Shown: positions 1 to 15,194, numbered from the stretch's first letter. The stretch: DNA of 64,000 bases from Eledone cirrhosa (GCA_964016885.1 OZ024746.1:85188001-85252000), one strand, 5' to 3'. The notes: generated by a model not told the origin, from the sequence alone. Numbers and translations are program-made.

Positions 1-204
1 TATAGAGAGGGGTATTGGAAGAGAGATCCGTGTAGTAGATATAGAGATGGGGGGAGTGTAAGTTACTTTATTCAAAAGCACATGTGTTTAAGAATACATA
101 CAACAAAATATTTGTCATGTAGAATTGATTGTTCCAGCTAGAACGAAGTCACATACAAATATACTAAGAGAAATTTAGTATATAGATATACACGCTCGGT
201 CATT

Positions 205-420
205 GTTGTTGTTGTTTAACCCTAGGTCAGCACTGATTGAGCTATCCTATGATCATGGGCCGTTCCAACCATGAGTATTAACATGTTTGTTTGCTTTGCT
301 GTCTGTTTTTTAAACTACAATATTTAATGTTTTTTCTTCCTGTTTCGGGTAAGATATGATTTGCGGAAGATTTGGCTCTTATTTTTAGCAGGTCATGTGA
401 CTACGAAACGTTCCTAACTG
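205..420. mobile_element. Old dispersed SINE-like repeat
   Basis: Segment gttgtttaaccctaggtcag...cctatgatca...ggatttggct..tttctagcagg recurs in diverged form near 2760-2990 (-), 22970-23170, 28690-28900 and 48480-48660 (-). Confidence 0.55.
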
Positions 421-544
421 ATGTTATTGTTGCTGTTGTTGCTGTTGTTACTGTTGTTATTTAGTGTCCGATCTGCTCTTGTCGATGAAACCTGGGCCAA
501 AAGTGCCTAACGAATACTAAACACTAAGGAAACTAATACCATCA

Positions 545-815
545 TTGAGGTTTGTGAAAGATGGGAAAGAGCCATCGATCACAGCACATGTGATCCGAGG
601 TCATCAGACAACCAGGTGTGTTTCTGTGACCTGGAAAGGTGAAGAACACAATACCTATTGAACTTCCACTCCTGTGAAAAACAGAAACAGCTTTCGAGTA
701 GAAGAGTACCAAATATGAAAACCTTGTGCAGCAGTGCAGGGATGGAGGATGGCAGGCATTGGTTACTTTCAGTGGAGGTGAACTGCAGATGATTCTCGGC
801 TGAAACAAAAGCCAT
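545..815 (+). mobile_element. Decayed HERO/R2-type non-LTR retrotransposon, restriction-like endonuclease C-terminus
   Basis: Manual translation with stops and frameshift gives IELPLL*KTETAFE*KSTKYENLVQQCRDGGW...VEVNCR*F. This resembles the IELTVPWE..AFERK..KY..LV..C...GW....VEVGCRGF motif of HERO-clade elements. Confidence 0.65.
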
Positions 816-906
816 TTAGAGAGAGAGAGGGAGATGAGGGAAATGAAGAGAGGAACAGGGGGAAAGAAAGAAAGAGAGGAACAGAGGGAGAGAAAGAAAG
901 AAAGAA

Positions 907-974
<68 letters not shown>

Positions 975-1416
975 AGAATGCCAGATAAGGAAAGAACAAA
1001 AGCGATTGAGCCAAAAACTAAGACAATGAAAAGGAGAAGATAACAAGACAATAACAGCGAAAGAGAAAAGTAAATTGGGAAAGAATTAACGAAGCAAAAG
1101 TAATAAAATTAAGCATAAAATAAAGAAAAAGAAAAAGACATAGTTGAAACAACGGCAACGACGATGACGATGACGACGAAAACAACAACATTAGCAAATA
1201 AATAAAATACATCTAACAGAAAACACTTGTGAAGGAAACAAATGGCCGACATATAAATCTTTCATTTCGAAATAACTAACGAAGGAGGAGACTAATACAG
1301 ATAAACAAAATAACGATACGGCCTTTGTGGATATATATATATATATGTGTGGGGGTGGGGGCGTGGGGGGGGTGTATGTGTGCGTGTATGTGTGTGTGTA
1401 GATAGATAGATAGATG

Positions 1417-1459
<43 letters not shown>

Positions 1460-1553
1460 GTGTGTGTGTTTGCGCATGTATGTATGTGTGTACTTGTATA
1501 TATTGTATGCGTATATATATATACGCAACGCATACAATATATACAAGTACACA

Positions 1554-1584
<31 letters not shown>

Positions 1585-1713
1585 GTATATATATGTATGA
1601 TATATATCTATGTATATACATATATATATACATACATATATATATATTTGTATATATATGTATGATATATATATATGTATATACATATATATATACATAC
1701 ATATATATATATA

Positions 1714-1785
<72 letters not shown>

Positions 1786-2106
1786 CACACACACTATATA
1801 TATATATATATATATAAAAGCTAAAACAATATATTGAGTGTTTTCTAGTACTGATATTATTATTATTATTATTACTAATGTTATTATTACCAGTATTATT
1901 TCATGTATCATTATTTATCTAGTTGTATTTTCTTTTTCAGATCGTCTGCTCTTTACAACTTTTTAAATCGCTTTCGACAGGAATATTTTTATATTATATC
2001 TTCATATACATATGTGTCTGGTGGAGAAGGGTGTATGTGAGCGTGTATGTATGTATAAATATACATATGTGTGTATGAATGATATATTATATATATATAT
2101 ATATAT

Positions 2107-2168
<62 letters not shown>

Positions 2169-3541
2169 AGAAAACGAAAAATCAGTGATGCATCTAAACT
2201 CAATTTATTGTGTGTTACAATTGTTTCGCCGGCGGACAGCTCGAGACGCGATCATTGTGTGGATCTGTCTGATTCTGGACCCGCAGGTTCGATGGACACG
2301 TCTAATGATTTCGGAGCATATTCTCTCACGAGAGAATTCTCCGAAATCATTAGACGTGGTGATGATGATGATGATGAGGAGGAGGAGGAGGAGGGGGGGT
2401 ATTGGTATTGAATATGATGACGACGTCAACGAATATGATATTGATGAAAATGAGGACGATTTCAACTAAGAGGATGATGATGATCGTGATTATAATCAAG
2501 ATAGTGTGTTTTTATTGAGGGAAATACAATTACTTAGAAACATTTAGATTCCGTATTTACTTATTTTACCATTCCACCTTAATTCTTTATATTCTTGAAG
2601 ACAAGTGAAATAGGAAGGCGGAGTTTAACTTTGCTTATTAATTGTAATGTTTCTATACGTGGATGGTGATGTCGACTGCAGTGATAGAAAATTCGATTCA
2701 AATAGTCCTTACATTTCCCAGAGAATTTCTAGTTTCTCTGCTCAAAAGTGAAAATTCGAGGATTGAGGCACTGTGTGGTAGTTGAACCTGGTATAACAGC
2801 CAAATTTTCAAATCAGACATTATCATCTTAAAGTAGAATGGGTATATTTGATAATGTAGTCCTAGTTACATTAGATGGAATACAAAAGAAAAAGCACAGG
2901 GTGTTGGCTGTTATGTATTTGACGTCGTTCATATGTTTGCTCCGCAAGCCTATGACATGGCTGACCTCAGATTAAATAACAACACTAATACAATCACCAC
3001 CAACATCAAAAACACCACCAATTTGAGCCAGGGGATGACCTTCTATGTAGTCACTAGACTTGCTAAAAATTAACCAACTGCAGTTTCGAAAAAGATCATT
3101 TGGATAATGTTCCATCATTCATTACACATACCAAAACGACGGGATAAACCCGTTTAGAATGCCTGTAATCATACGAGGTTTGCTCAACCAGTGTTGACAT
3201 GTGGTCAAGTGGTCAAGCAAAAATAACAAAATCACAGAATTTCTAAGGTCGCGGGTCATGTCTAATCCTTCAACCGAGTGTATGTATGCCATAGGGCTAC
3301 TAAATCAGAATTGAACTTTCACTACACAACAATACAGCTTTTCTCTCATATCACATTCTGCTGTGTAAAAAAAAAAAAAGGCAAGAGACACAAAGGTACC
3401 AATGCAAAAATACAGACCCTGCACTAAATGGAATGAACGATAGGACAGAAAAAAAAAGTACAATCAGTACGTAAGATTATTTTAGTAAAGTTATATATTT
3501 AAAGACGGTGTTTGAGAACCGTTTAGTAACACACATACACG

Positions 3542-3644
<103 letters not shown>

Positions 3645-3699
3645 CTTATGTCTCTTTTCTCCTCCTATTTCTTCTTCTTCTTCTTCTTCTTCTTCTTCT

Positions 3700-3758
<59 letters not shown>

Positions 3759-3768
3759 ATCTTCTTCT

Positions 3769-3800
<32 letters not shown>

Positions 3801-4112
3801 TTCTTCTTCTTCTTGACTTTTGCAACACAATTGGGAAAACGACCACCATAACCATCAACAACATCAGCAGTATCGTGTCACAGTCATAATCGTTATCAAT
3901 TATCTTGTTAATCCTTATTAATCATCATCATCATCATCAACAACAACATCACCATCATCACCATCAACATCCTCAACATCATCATCATCATCATCATCAT
4001 CATTGTCATCGTCACCAACATCAACGGAGCCATCAACTTCATCTTCTTATATACTGCAGTTTGTTGATGGTGGAACCTGACATTGTTATTTCAAGTTTAT
4101 ACATTTTTCTTA

Positions 4113-4195
<83 letters not shown>

Positions 4196-4300
4196 TTATC
4201 TGTCTCTTGCTCTCCCCTTACTCCCTCTCTTTCTCTCTATCTCTCCCTCTCAATCTCTACTTATTTTTTCTCTCTCTCTCTCTCTCTCTCCTTCTCTCTT

Positions 4301-4335
<35 letters not shown>

Positions 4336-4468
4336 CTCTTTCTATCTATCTCCCTCAATCTCTACTTTTTTCTCTCTCTCTCACTCGCCTCTCTTTTCCT
4401 CTCCCTCTCTTTCCCTTTCTTTCTCTCAATCTCTACTTCTTTTTTTCTCTCGCTCGCCTTCTCTCTTT

Positions 4469-4561
<93 letters not shown>

Positions 4562-4854
4562 CTTTTCTTTCTCTCTCCCCTCCCTCTCTCTCTCACTCTC
4601 CTTTTTCAGCCTCAATCAGGGTTTGAACCTGGATGAAGCCCCAGTAAGCTCGCCAGTCCTTAATTCGCACTTATCCTCATCACACACAATTAGTGATGTA
4701 ATAATGCTATGTTTGTGTGAGGCAGTCTGCAATGAATCTCTGCTTGCCTTGCTAGGGCTTCCCGCCAAATCTCAAAACATGTCTACACGTCCGCCCCGAT
4801 TCCCGTTCTCTATAACATTTTGTTCTGTTTACATTGGCCACACGTATTCACTTA

Positions 4855-4918
<64 letters not shown>

Positions 4919-5409
4919 TCCTCTCTCTCTATCTATCTATCTATCCCTATCTATCTATCTATCTATATATATATATATATCACCCTCTCGCTATCTTCCC
5001 CTCTCTCTCTCTCTCCCACGCGCACACATACATATTTATATATACCCAGTCTCTTTGACACACTATCTTTTGTTGCCCCACTCACTCTCTCTCTTTTACT
5101 TTCTCTTTCTCTTATTCCCCATCACAAATGCAACGACCACTTTTACACCTCCACGCACCGCCACTATTACCACCATTACCAACACCAATAATACCACCAC
5201 CACCACTACCACCACCCACTAATACCGGTACCACTGTCTTCACTACAACCCCCACCTATGACAACCCTCATCACCACCGCCGCCGCCACCACCACCACCA
5301 CTACTACACCCCTATCACCATCCACCATTACCACCGTCACTACAATACCACAATCACCACTCTACCCCATCACTAATACTACTACCACTATTACTACAAA
5401 GACTACTAC

Positions 5410-5471
<62 letters not shown>

Positions 5472-6094
5472 TTACTACTACTACCAATATCGCCATTATT
5501 GTTGTCGTTATCTATTTACATTGCTAGAGTTTGGCGTGCTATGCAAATCTCCTCCGTGAGTGCACAATTAAATTGACATTACCGCCACCAGTTTCATCTT
5601 ATAACCAGGTCTGGTTGGCGAACCATGATCTTGTGGGACTTCCCACCGAATTGGATGCTGTCTGTTGACAGCAATACTGCTGTGCCGGCCTGCCTGTCTG
5701 CCCGTCTCCTTGTATGCCTGCCTGCCTGTCTGCCCGCCTGCCCGTGTGTTCACCAGGCTACGTGCCTGCCCGTCTATGTGTGGTTAGCTGTCTCTATGAC
5801 AACATGGCTGTCTGTCTATGTTTAGTTTATAAAGTTGATAGAACTTCTTATAATTTTATTCTTATAGTTATTAACAAATATATTTTACAAAAAGGTAAAA
5901 AGAAAGTTAAGTAATGAAAAAAGGGGGAGAGCTAAAGAAGGGCAGAATCTGGCTGTAGAGGAACGTAGAGGAAAATAGAGGAAAGTAGAGGAAAGGACTA
6001 TAGATGCCATCAATGAAAAGAAAAGGAGAGAAAGAGCAAGGACTATTATGCCATGGAAGAAAGAAAAGGGGGAAGGTAAGAGAGTGAGAGTCTC

Positions 6095-6450
6095 TATACT
6101 TAGGGTGGGTGGTGTTTTGGATGCGCCCCGCGGACAAAACTGCAATGGCATTTCCACACAGGGCTCCTTCCTCAGACGTGCCGATTTTACGAAGGAGCTC
6201 GGCTGTACGAAGTCCGAGAACGCCTGAGGTCTAGACGGCAACCGGTGCGAAGAAGAAGCGGCCGGATAAGCCCTGGTATTTACTTGTCTTTCTGGCCTCA
6301 GCATTACGGATCGCAGTATCGGGGTTTGAGGCCGAAGCGACTAAATGTGGCGTCTTTGAAAGGAAGAGAGTAATTTTATCGGGACGTTTGCCGTCTCTGC
6401 GGTCAAGGCCTGCTGACTCCAGTTGTGATGGGAAGCTAGCTGCATCCGAA
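6095..6450 (-). mobile_element. CRE-clade non-LTR retrotransposon 3' fragment
   Basis: ORF 6231..6458 contains AASFPSQLESAGLDRRDGKRPDKITLF, homologous to the endonuclease at 19185..20078. Confidence 0.8.
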
Positions 6451-7217
6451 ACCATCAAAAACCACCAAAATCACCATCACACTAACCATTACCATTACTT
6501 TAACCACCACAATCCTCGAAAACTACCATCACCACCATCACTACAACTACCACGACCGTCACTCCATGAACCACTGATGCCGCCACCACCATTACCATCA
6601 CCAATGGCACCACAACTACCACTACCACCACTACTAACAGACTATTCTATTACTGTTCTATTACAGAAGCCATCTGTTTTAATAGGATTGTATAGCGCCT
6701 CATATTAAACTTGCTCTAAGCTGGTTAACGCCACTAATAAAATCCTAATAACCAATGGAAATATATACATATTTTAATGTTGAACTTAAATAAATGAATA
6801 ATATGTAATAAGTGTTCAGGTATAAAAGAATTGAAGCAACAGCCTAAACCTGATGATATGGAAGATCGGCGATTGCTAACCATATACAAATTTTAAAATA
6901 CTAACCTCATGTATAATATAATTCGATAACTTTGATCTTTAATTCAAGTATAAAATGTTTCGTATTTTACTCGCATAAATATTGTATAATATTTATGCCC
7001 TCGAGAAAAAAATATAAATGCGTTTATATATACTTTGATATTTTCATCTTCTTTGTTGTTCGTTCATTAAATATTGGAAGATTGACTAAAAAATTGTTAA
7101 TAGAATCAATATAGTGTAAAGAATATTATACACACATACACTCACTCACACCTACACACACACATATAGAGAGATAAATATATATGTGTATGTATGTATA
7201 AAAGGCATTATTTATAC

Positions 7218-7402
7218 GTGGATTGGCAGTATCGGTAGAGAGTCAGACACCATGTTTGCAGCATAGAGTTACGGTCCTTTATCGTCTGAGTTCAAATCCC
7301 GCCGAGGTTAACTTTGCCTTTCATCCTTACGGGGTCGTTAAAATAAAGTACCAGTAATGCACTGGGTAATTGCTGGCCTTGTGCCAAAAGTAGAAACAAT
7401 TA
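7218..7402 (+). mobile_element. tRNA-derived SINE with Nin/Deu-like central domain (major family, roughly 20 copies or fragments in window)
   Basis: A-box tggcagtatcgg, B-box gagttcaaatccc, central ctttgcctttcatccttacggggtcg.taaaataaagtaccag, tail gctggccttgtgccaaaagtagaaacaattatt. Confidence 0.85.
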
Positions 7403-7594
7403 TTTATACAAACATACATACCAACATGGAACCAACCAACCAACCGGAAATTTATAAATTTATTATAATAAATTGAAGTGAAAGCAACTGGTACGTGTGT
7501 TTCTTATTGGCAACATGACCCTCCCAAAGTATAACAATATCAGTTTCAACACACGTTTTCAGATAAAGAATCTTGCTTAACAAATTCAGAAACG

Positions 7595-7639
<45 letters not shown>

Positions 7640-7848
7640 TTAGTTAAGCAAATTTGCTTAACTAATGAATATTTCCAGCTCTGCGCACCTAACTTCTGCA
7701 TGAACCCAGCCACCTAGCTGCTTTCTACTGCATATTGCACATTGAGCACATGCCTTTACGCTTTGGCTTCTAACTAATTCACCAATCTCTCCTCTCCTAT
7801 CTCCTCTCCTGTCTCCATCTCTCTCTTTAAGATTGGTTACTCTTGAAC

Positions 7849-7929
<81 letters not shown>

Positions 7930-8176
7930 TGTGGTATAAAATTATTTATTAGATCAATTATGCTGTAATTTAGGTATACATGTTTCACTGCGAGCCTCTT
8001 TCATATATTTCTGAATCAGGCCCTAACAGATCAGCCTTTATTGGCAACATTTTGAACCATTACAAAATATGTCAATAAAACTGATGAATCAGGGCTTGTT
8101 TTAGAAATATCTGAAAGAGGCACGTAATGAAACATGTGACCCTAAAACGACAGCATAATTACTGTAATAAACATTT

Positions 8177-8267
<91 letters not shown>

Positions 8268-8461
8268 ACACACACACACACACACGTTCAACTCATTTCA
8301 CAAGTTATTTTAAGAATTAAAGAATTTTAAGTAGAAAATATGTTCAATAATAGTTTCAAATTAAATATAACTATATCACATTCATTTATGTCTATTCCCC
8401 TTTATTGTCCTATCTTTCGATCTATTTATATCTGTCAACACCCATATCTATCTATCTATCT

Positions 8462-8503
<42 letters not shown>

Positions 8504-8544
8504 GTCTATCGATATATATATATATATATCATCAGACTATAGGT

Positions 8545-8920
8545 GAGGAAGATGAAAGACCAAGGGAGCACCCCTTCTCTGTGCTCCCGAGGAAAAGGGT
8601 TGCACACTTTTTTTCGGGGGTGTGTGCGACCCCCCCCCCCCCCCCCAAGGCGCCTCCTCTCTATTGAGGACTTTGTTATAAATTTTATTTTTTGTTATAT
8701 TTTATTTTATTTTTATATATTGTTATTGCCTCCTCCTTATTGAGGACGCCTTGTTTTGTAAACTCCCCCCATTGTACTTGTCCCACTTTTGATGCCCTGG
8801 TGGCAAATAAAAGAAACATATCTATTTATCTATCTATCTATTTATCTGCCTATCTATCTGTCTATCTATTTATTTATCTATCTATCTGTCTATCTCACTA
8901 TCTATCTATCTATCTATCTA
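8545..8920 (+). mobile_element. Tx1/L1-like LINE 3' end with (TATC)n tail
   Basis: Ends in gtggcaaataaaagaaacatatctat..., matching the 3' end of the LINE at 50955-53210. T-rich 3' UTR. Confidence 0.6.
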
Positions 8921-9262
8921 TGTATTAGAATTAGTCAGTGTATCTTTCTCCGTCACTGTTCTTGCCCTCGCCTTTTTTTCAGACCTCTATGTATTTTCTT
9001 ACTCTTACTCAGTCTGTTTTTCTAGTCCTTTCTTTCTCATCCTTCTCTTACTCACCCTTTCTTTCAGTCCCTCCTTCAACCTATTATTTACCCACTGAGC
9101 CTGACAAAATGTGATACAATTGTCAACTATTGTTTGTTCAACGACAAAATCTAGTGATAGCAATTCGAACCAGATATGGTATCTGTGTGTTCTGAAATCT
9201 TAAGTCTGCAGTTATCACTACCGTGGCCCTCAGTTCCTTTATTAAGGTCTCATATATATATA

Positions 9263-9361
<99 letters not shown>

Positions 9362-9379
9362 GTATATATATATATATAC

Positions 9380-9410
<31 letters not shown>

Positions 9411-9488
9411 CACATATATATATACATATATATATATATATACACATATATACATATATATATATATACAATATATACACACACACAT

Positions 9489-9569
<81 letters not shown>

Positions 9570-9657
9570 CACACATACATATATACATATATATATATAC
9601 ACATTTATATATACATATATATATATATATACATATATACATATATATTCAATATAT

Positions 9658-9712
<55 letters not shown>

Positions 9713-9864
9713 CCCCTTTTTTTCTCTTATTAATATTGTAACCTGTCTGTGTATTAAATCCACCATCTGATGCCCGTGTGGCAAATAAAATAAATTATTA
9801 TTATTATTATTGTCGTTGCTGTTGTTATTGTGATTGTTGGTATAATTGTTATCAATATGCATTG

Positions 9865-9939
<75 letters not shown>

Positions 9940-9940
9940 T

Positions 9941-10205
9941 TGTGGAGGCACGTGGTCTAGTGGTAAGGGTGTTGGACTTACGATCATAATGTCGTGGATT
10001 CGATTCCTGGGTTGGGTTGCGTGTTGTGTTCTTGAGCAAAACACTTTATTTCATGTTGCTCCAGTATACTCGGCTGAAAATGAGAACCAGTAATTACTGG
10101 AGGTTTAACGCTGCGATGGACTGGCGTCCTGTCCAGGTGGGGGAGTCTTTTACTATTACTAGTTTCACGCCATGAAACCGGTACCTTTAGGACCGATATA
10201 GAACG
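9941..10205 (+). mobile_element. tRNA-derived CORE-type SINE
   Basis: tRNA-like head gtggtctagtggtaagg...ggattcgattcc, followed by the CORE-like gttcttgagcaaaacactttatttcatgttgctcc. Confidence 0.8.
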
Positions 10206-10669
10206 GGGCAACAAGTAGAGATTTTAGAGAAATATTATGGTCCATTAAACCCTATATACCTTACATTACATAGCTAAAACTCTAGAGAGAAGGAAGGCAA
10301 AGCTGTTTCGAGAGGAATTCGAGCTAAAAAAAAAATGTTTTTCTTTCTTCCTTTCTTTCTTTCTTTCTTTCTTTAATTAGTGCCAATTCGAAATAAATCC
10401 AGAATATAATCGACAAATATATCACTTATCTGCAAGTTCTGCAAGTCATTTTGTTCTCCTAGTTTCTAAACACAAGTATTTCCGTGATCGAATTTGAAAC
10501 TACAGTGGTATAACAGGAGAAAACACAGGCCGAATATCATAGCATTAGGACAATTTGAATCCTTTGACGAAGCCAGGCAGCCTGTAAATGTTTGCAAAGT
10601 ACATCCGACAACTAAGTACCGCAAGACATTTTGTCCGACACCATGACGATTCTGTCAGTTCAAATAATA

Positions 10670-10855
10670 ATTGTTTCCACTTTTGGCACAAGGCCAGCAA
10701 TTATCCCAGTGTATTACTGGTACTTTATTTTATCGACCCCGTAAGGATGAAAGGCAAAGTTAACCTCGGCGGGATTTGAACTTAATCCGTAAAGGGACGT
10801 AACTTTGCTGTAAAGCATGGCGTCCGACTCTACCGATACTGCCAATCCACCGCCC
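10670..10855 (-). mobile_element. Nin/Deu-domain SINE with target-site duplication
   Basis: Same family as 7218. Flanking direct repeat tgtcagttcaaataataat near 10653 and 10858. Confidence 0.85.
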
Positions 10856-10879
10856 TTTGTCAGTTCAAATAATAATGAT

Positions 10880-11447
10880 TTCTTTATTAACCACAAGGGT
10901 TTACATAAAGTAGACATTAAGGACAGTGCAGGACAATACAGGACGGTACAAATGGGCATTTCTGCGTGTAAAAAACAAAAACAGAGGATGTAACAAAAAA
11001 TAACAATGAAAAATTCCCCAATAGGGGGGAGACTTCGGAGGGACATTTGTGGAGAAAGCCCAGTAAAAGGCCACAGTGACCCTGACCACCAAGGCAAGTG
11101 CCCTCTCCCAGTTTTCCACCTTTAATTTACAGATACATACTCAGAGTAGGCCCATTCACTCGGGCCATTCTTGCTTCTCTCACCCATCTTTCAACAAAAT
11201 GCTGGGAAGAGAGCACTTCCCTCTCTACTCTGATTTTCCTTTTCAAATGAAATTTGAAAAAGTCAATTAGAGCATCACCGAAGAGGTAAGTGCTCGTCTC
11301 CAGCCCTTTCAAACATGTCCACCATACTATCTCTTTCGCCATGGCCACCAGACAGATAAAAACTGCCTGCCCTTCCCAGCTAAAGGAGGAGGGCGGGGCA
11401 ATCCTCACGATGGACTCAGATGATAGCCGGATCCGTCCTACACGCGA
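10880..11447 (-). mobile_element. Tx1/L1-like LINE 3' fragment
   Basis: ORF 11127..11408 (AVFICLVAMAKEIVWWT...FFKFHLKRKIRVERE) is homologous to the C-terminus of ORF 51205..52449. Confidence 0.85.
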
Positions 11448-11635
11448 TTTCTAGTATAGGCACAAGGCCAGTAATTTGGTGGAGAGGGGGAAGTCGATTA
11501 CATCGACCAATAGATTACTGGTGCTTTATTTTATCAACCCCGTAAGGGTGAAAGGCAAAGCTAACCTCGGCGGGATTTGAACTCGAAACGTAAAGAGCCA
11601 TAACTCTATGCTGCAAAGCATGGTGTCTGACGTTC
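11448..11635 (-). mobile_element. Nin/Deu-domain SINE
   Basis: Reverse complement of the family consensus. Confidence 0.8.
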
Positions 11636-12149
11636 TCTTTTTACTGTTCGTGTAGTCGACTATGTAGATGATGTTGTTGATGCTGTTGCAGTCGTCGAAT
11701 TTCTTGCTGTTGTCGTTGGTTATTGCTGTTGGTTATTGCTGTTGGTTACTGCCAATCCAATAACAATATTAGCACAAGGCCAGCAATATAGGGGAAGGAA
11801 AAGTCGAATATATCGACCCTAGCACTCTGCTAATACTTGATTTTATCCACCTCAAAAGGATGAAAGGCAAAGTTGACCACCATGCGATTTGCCTGACGCT
11901 CTAACGATTCTACCATAACATAGACACAAGGTCAAGCATTTGAGGAAGAAAACAAGCTAGCTATATCGTGACTTTGCCTTTCATCCTTACGGGGTCGATA
12001 AAATAAAGTACCAGTAATGAACTGGGTTATTGCTGGCCTTGTGCCTAAAGTAGAAACAAATATTTAACTGAGGCTTCATATTTTCGACCCCTGTCTTTCG
12101 AAAGGTAAATTCTACATCGACCGATATTGAACTTGGACCATAATGGAAG

Positions 12150-12480
12150 ATAACTAAATATCGATCGCTCTCAGACAGGTTTGCAGTCGAGCCCCTAGCA
12201 GTGGAGACTTCTGGTGTCCTTATCCCTAGGGCCACCTCAGGCGCAAAGCTGGCTAACCACAGGTGTGAGCCCCACAAGCTGGAATGATTCTTCCAGCGCA
12301 TCTCCCTCACCATATTCCGGGGAAACGCCTTCTCTATTCTTTCAACCGGGGCCGAAGGGCGGCCGGCCCCTGGGATCCCATTTGCTCATAATATTGAGAG
12401 ATGTGGTGGGCGGGAGAGACGGAGGCGATGGCAGTGGGAATTTGGTTCCTCTGTGTTTGGACCTGGTGTACGTGTGTGTA
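12150..12480 (+). mobile_element. CRE-clade retrotransposon 3' end (endonuclease C-terminus plus 3' UTR)
   Basis: aaatatcgatcgctctcagacaggtttgcagtcgagcccctagcagtggagacttctggtgtcc matches 19980-20045. The UTR matches 36640-36780 and 47620-47740. Confidence 0.8.
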
Positions 12481-12948
12481 ATTTTTCACTATTAACCCTT
12501 TCACTAACTTCCTTCATTTATTTGAAGATGGCAGATTGGCAACGCCTGACATATCAAGTAGACATTTTCATACACGTTAAAATTTCGCCCTATTTTATTA
12601 CTAAATATATACTGCAAGGCACCCCCTCTGGTCCTTAAATCCCACTGTCTTAGAAATTATAACAATAATTTATTTTGAGTAGTTTCATGACCAATTTTAA
12701 CTACGGTATATTACTAGTATCATTATATCAATGAGTTCAAATCCCACCGAGGTTGACTTTGCCTCTCATCCTTACGAGGTCGATAAAATAAAGTACCAGT
12801 AATGCCGTTAATTGCTGGCCTTGTGCCTGAAGTAGAAACAAGTATATCAATAAAGGCTAAAACTTACAATCATATAAGTGAGTTGAAGTTAATAAATGTG
12901 TATGTGTGTGTAAGTCTGTTTGCGTGTGTATGTATGTGTGTGTGTATT

Positions 12949-13018
<70 letters not shown>

Positions 13019-13672
13019 TCATTAAAGTTATGTGGATACAATCAGGAATAAAACTAGATCGGGGTTTTTGACTGTGAAGGAAAAGCTTTACTCTTTAGTT
13101 CTTGTCCCTTACTCCTCACTCCTCAGCAACACTCAGCCGAGTGATTACCATCATAATGGCACCACTTAATGTTTGTTGTCGTCTGCTGAAAGCTAGAGGT
13201 GTGAGGGTTTGATTCGAGTAGGGCAGAGATTAGTGGTAACAAAGAAGTCGAAGAACACACAGGCGGCGAAGACGACGACGACGAGGTCAATGATGGTGAT
13301 GATGGTGATGGTGATAATGATGATGATGGTGATAGTGATGTTGATGATGATGATGATGATGATGATGAGAATGACGATGATGAGGATGGTGGTGGTGGTC
13401 GTCGTCGTCGTCTTCGTGGTGGTGGCGGTGGCGCAGCGGTGGTGGTGGCGGTGGCAGTGGTGGTGGAAGTTGTGGCGGTGGTTGTAATTGTGATGGTGAT
13501 ATTGATAGGTGGAGGTGCCTGTGCTGGTAGTGGTGGTGGTGGTGGTGGTGGTGGCGGCGGTGACGGAGGTGGTAGTGGTGGTGGCGGTGGTGGTGGTAGT
13601 GGTGGTGGCGGTGGTGGTGGTGGTGCTGGTAGTGGTGGCGGTGGTGGTGGTGGTGGTGGTGGTGGCGGTGGC

Positions 13673-13704
<32 letters not shown>

Positions 13705-14051
13705 TAGTGGTGGTGGTGATATTGATAAGAAAGAGGGGAAGGAGAAAGAGAAGAAGAAAGAGAAGAACATCAGCAACAACAGCAATAACCGACCGTAATA
13801 AGAACGACAAATGCAAGAAGATCGACGACTGCAACAGCAACAACAGCAACAACAGCAACAACAGCAACAACAACAAGAGCAACAACAGCAACAACAACAA
13901 CAACAGCATCATCTACATAGTCGACTAGAAGAGAACAATAAAAAGAATTAATAAAAATACTTAACAATTACGACAATTGGAGCAGCAAAGCAAACAAGGA
14001 AACTACAAATAATATATATATGTATATATATATATATACTTATATATATAC

Positions 14052-14213
<162 letters not shown>

Positions 14214-14267
14214 TATATATATATATACATATAATATATATATACATATAATATATATATATATATA

Positions 14268-14351
<84 letters not shown>

Positions 14352-14738
14352 ACCAGGTATAGGCATGGGTGATAGAAAATTGAGCTAAAGATGGCGGACG
14401 GACGTCAACAGATTGTAAGGTTTCAGATTAGAAGCGGTCCCGTGTAGACAGTTATTAAGTGGCATTTCCTGCAGATAATTACACCAAGGATTACTGGCAT
14501 TCACTGCAGCAACCACAGCAGCTGCAGACTACACCAGCTGCAGCAGCAGCAGCATCAATACCAGCATCAGTATCAACAACACCAGCTGCAGCACACCAAC
14601 AACGGCAGGCAGTAGGCATTTTTGATAGAATTATCATCAACATTATCATCATCATGATCATCATCATCATGGTGGTCATCATAGCATCCTCATCATCATC
14701 ATCATAAACATCATCATCATCATCATCATCATCATAAA

Positions 14739-14777
<39 letters not shown>

Positions 14778-14817
14778 TTATCTTTATCAACAACTCCAGC
14801 AGCTTTTAAGGTGATAA

Positions 14818-15194
14818 TAATTGTTTCTACTTTAGGCACAAGGCCAGCAATTATCCCAGTGCATTACTGGTACTTTATTTTATCGACACCATAAGGATGA
14901 AAGGCAAAGTTAACTTCGGCGGGATTTGAACTCAGATCGTAAAAGGGCGTAACTCTATACTGCAAAGCATGGCATCTTACGCTCTACCGATACTGCCAAT
15001 CCACTAATAATTGATTCTACTTTTGGCACAAGGCCAACAATTATCCCAGTACATTACTGGTACTTTATTTTATCGACCCCGTAAGGATGAAAGGCAAAGT
15101 TAACCTCGGCGGGATTTGAACTCAAAATGGCAAGGGTCGTAACTCTATGTGTCAAAGCATGGTGTCCGACCCTCTACCGATACTGCCAATCCAC
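14818..15194 (-). mobile_element. Two tandem Nin/Deu-domain SINEs
   Basis: Two consecutive ~185-bp copies, each ending tactgccaatccac on the + strand. Confidence 0.85.

Noticed and set aside
560-612. CTGATGA plus hairpin on the minus strand
   Set aside because: No GAAA box or stem III. It lies inside the HERO remnant.
4610-5670. Unique islands as + strand exons (4610-4810, 5527-5667; also 46769)
   Set aside because: Acceptor-like sites exist, but there are no convincing donors or recognisable peptides. Left unassigned.
6845-6900. CTGATGA-TATGG...CCATA
   Set aside because: A stem II-like helix is present, but GAAA is replaced by TACA and there is no convincing stem I.
9941-10015. tRNA gene (also 21044 and 48980)
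   Set aside because: No complete cloverleaf, and the sequence continues into a SINE body.
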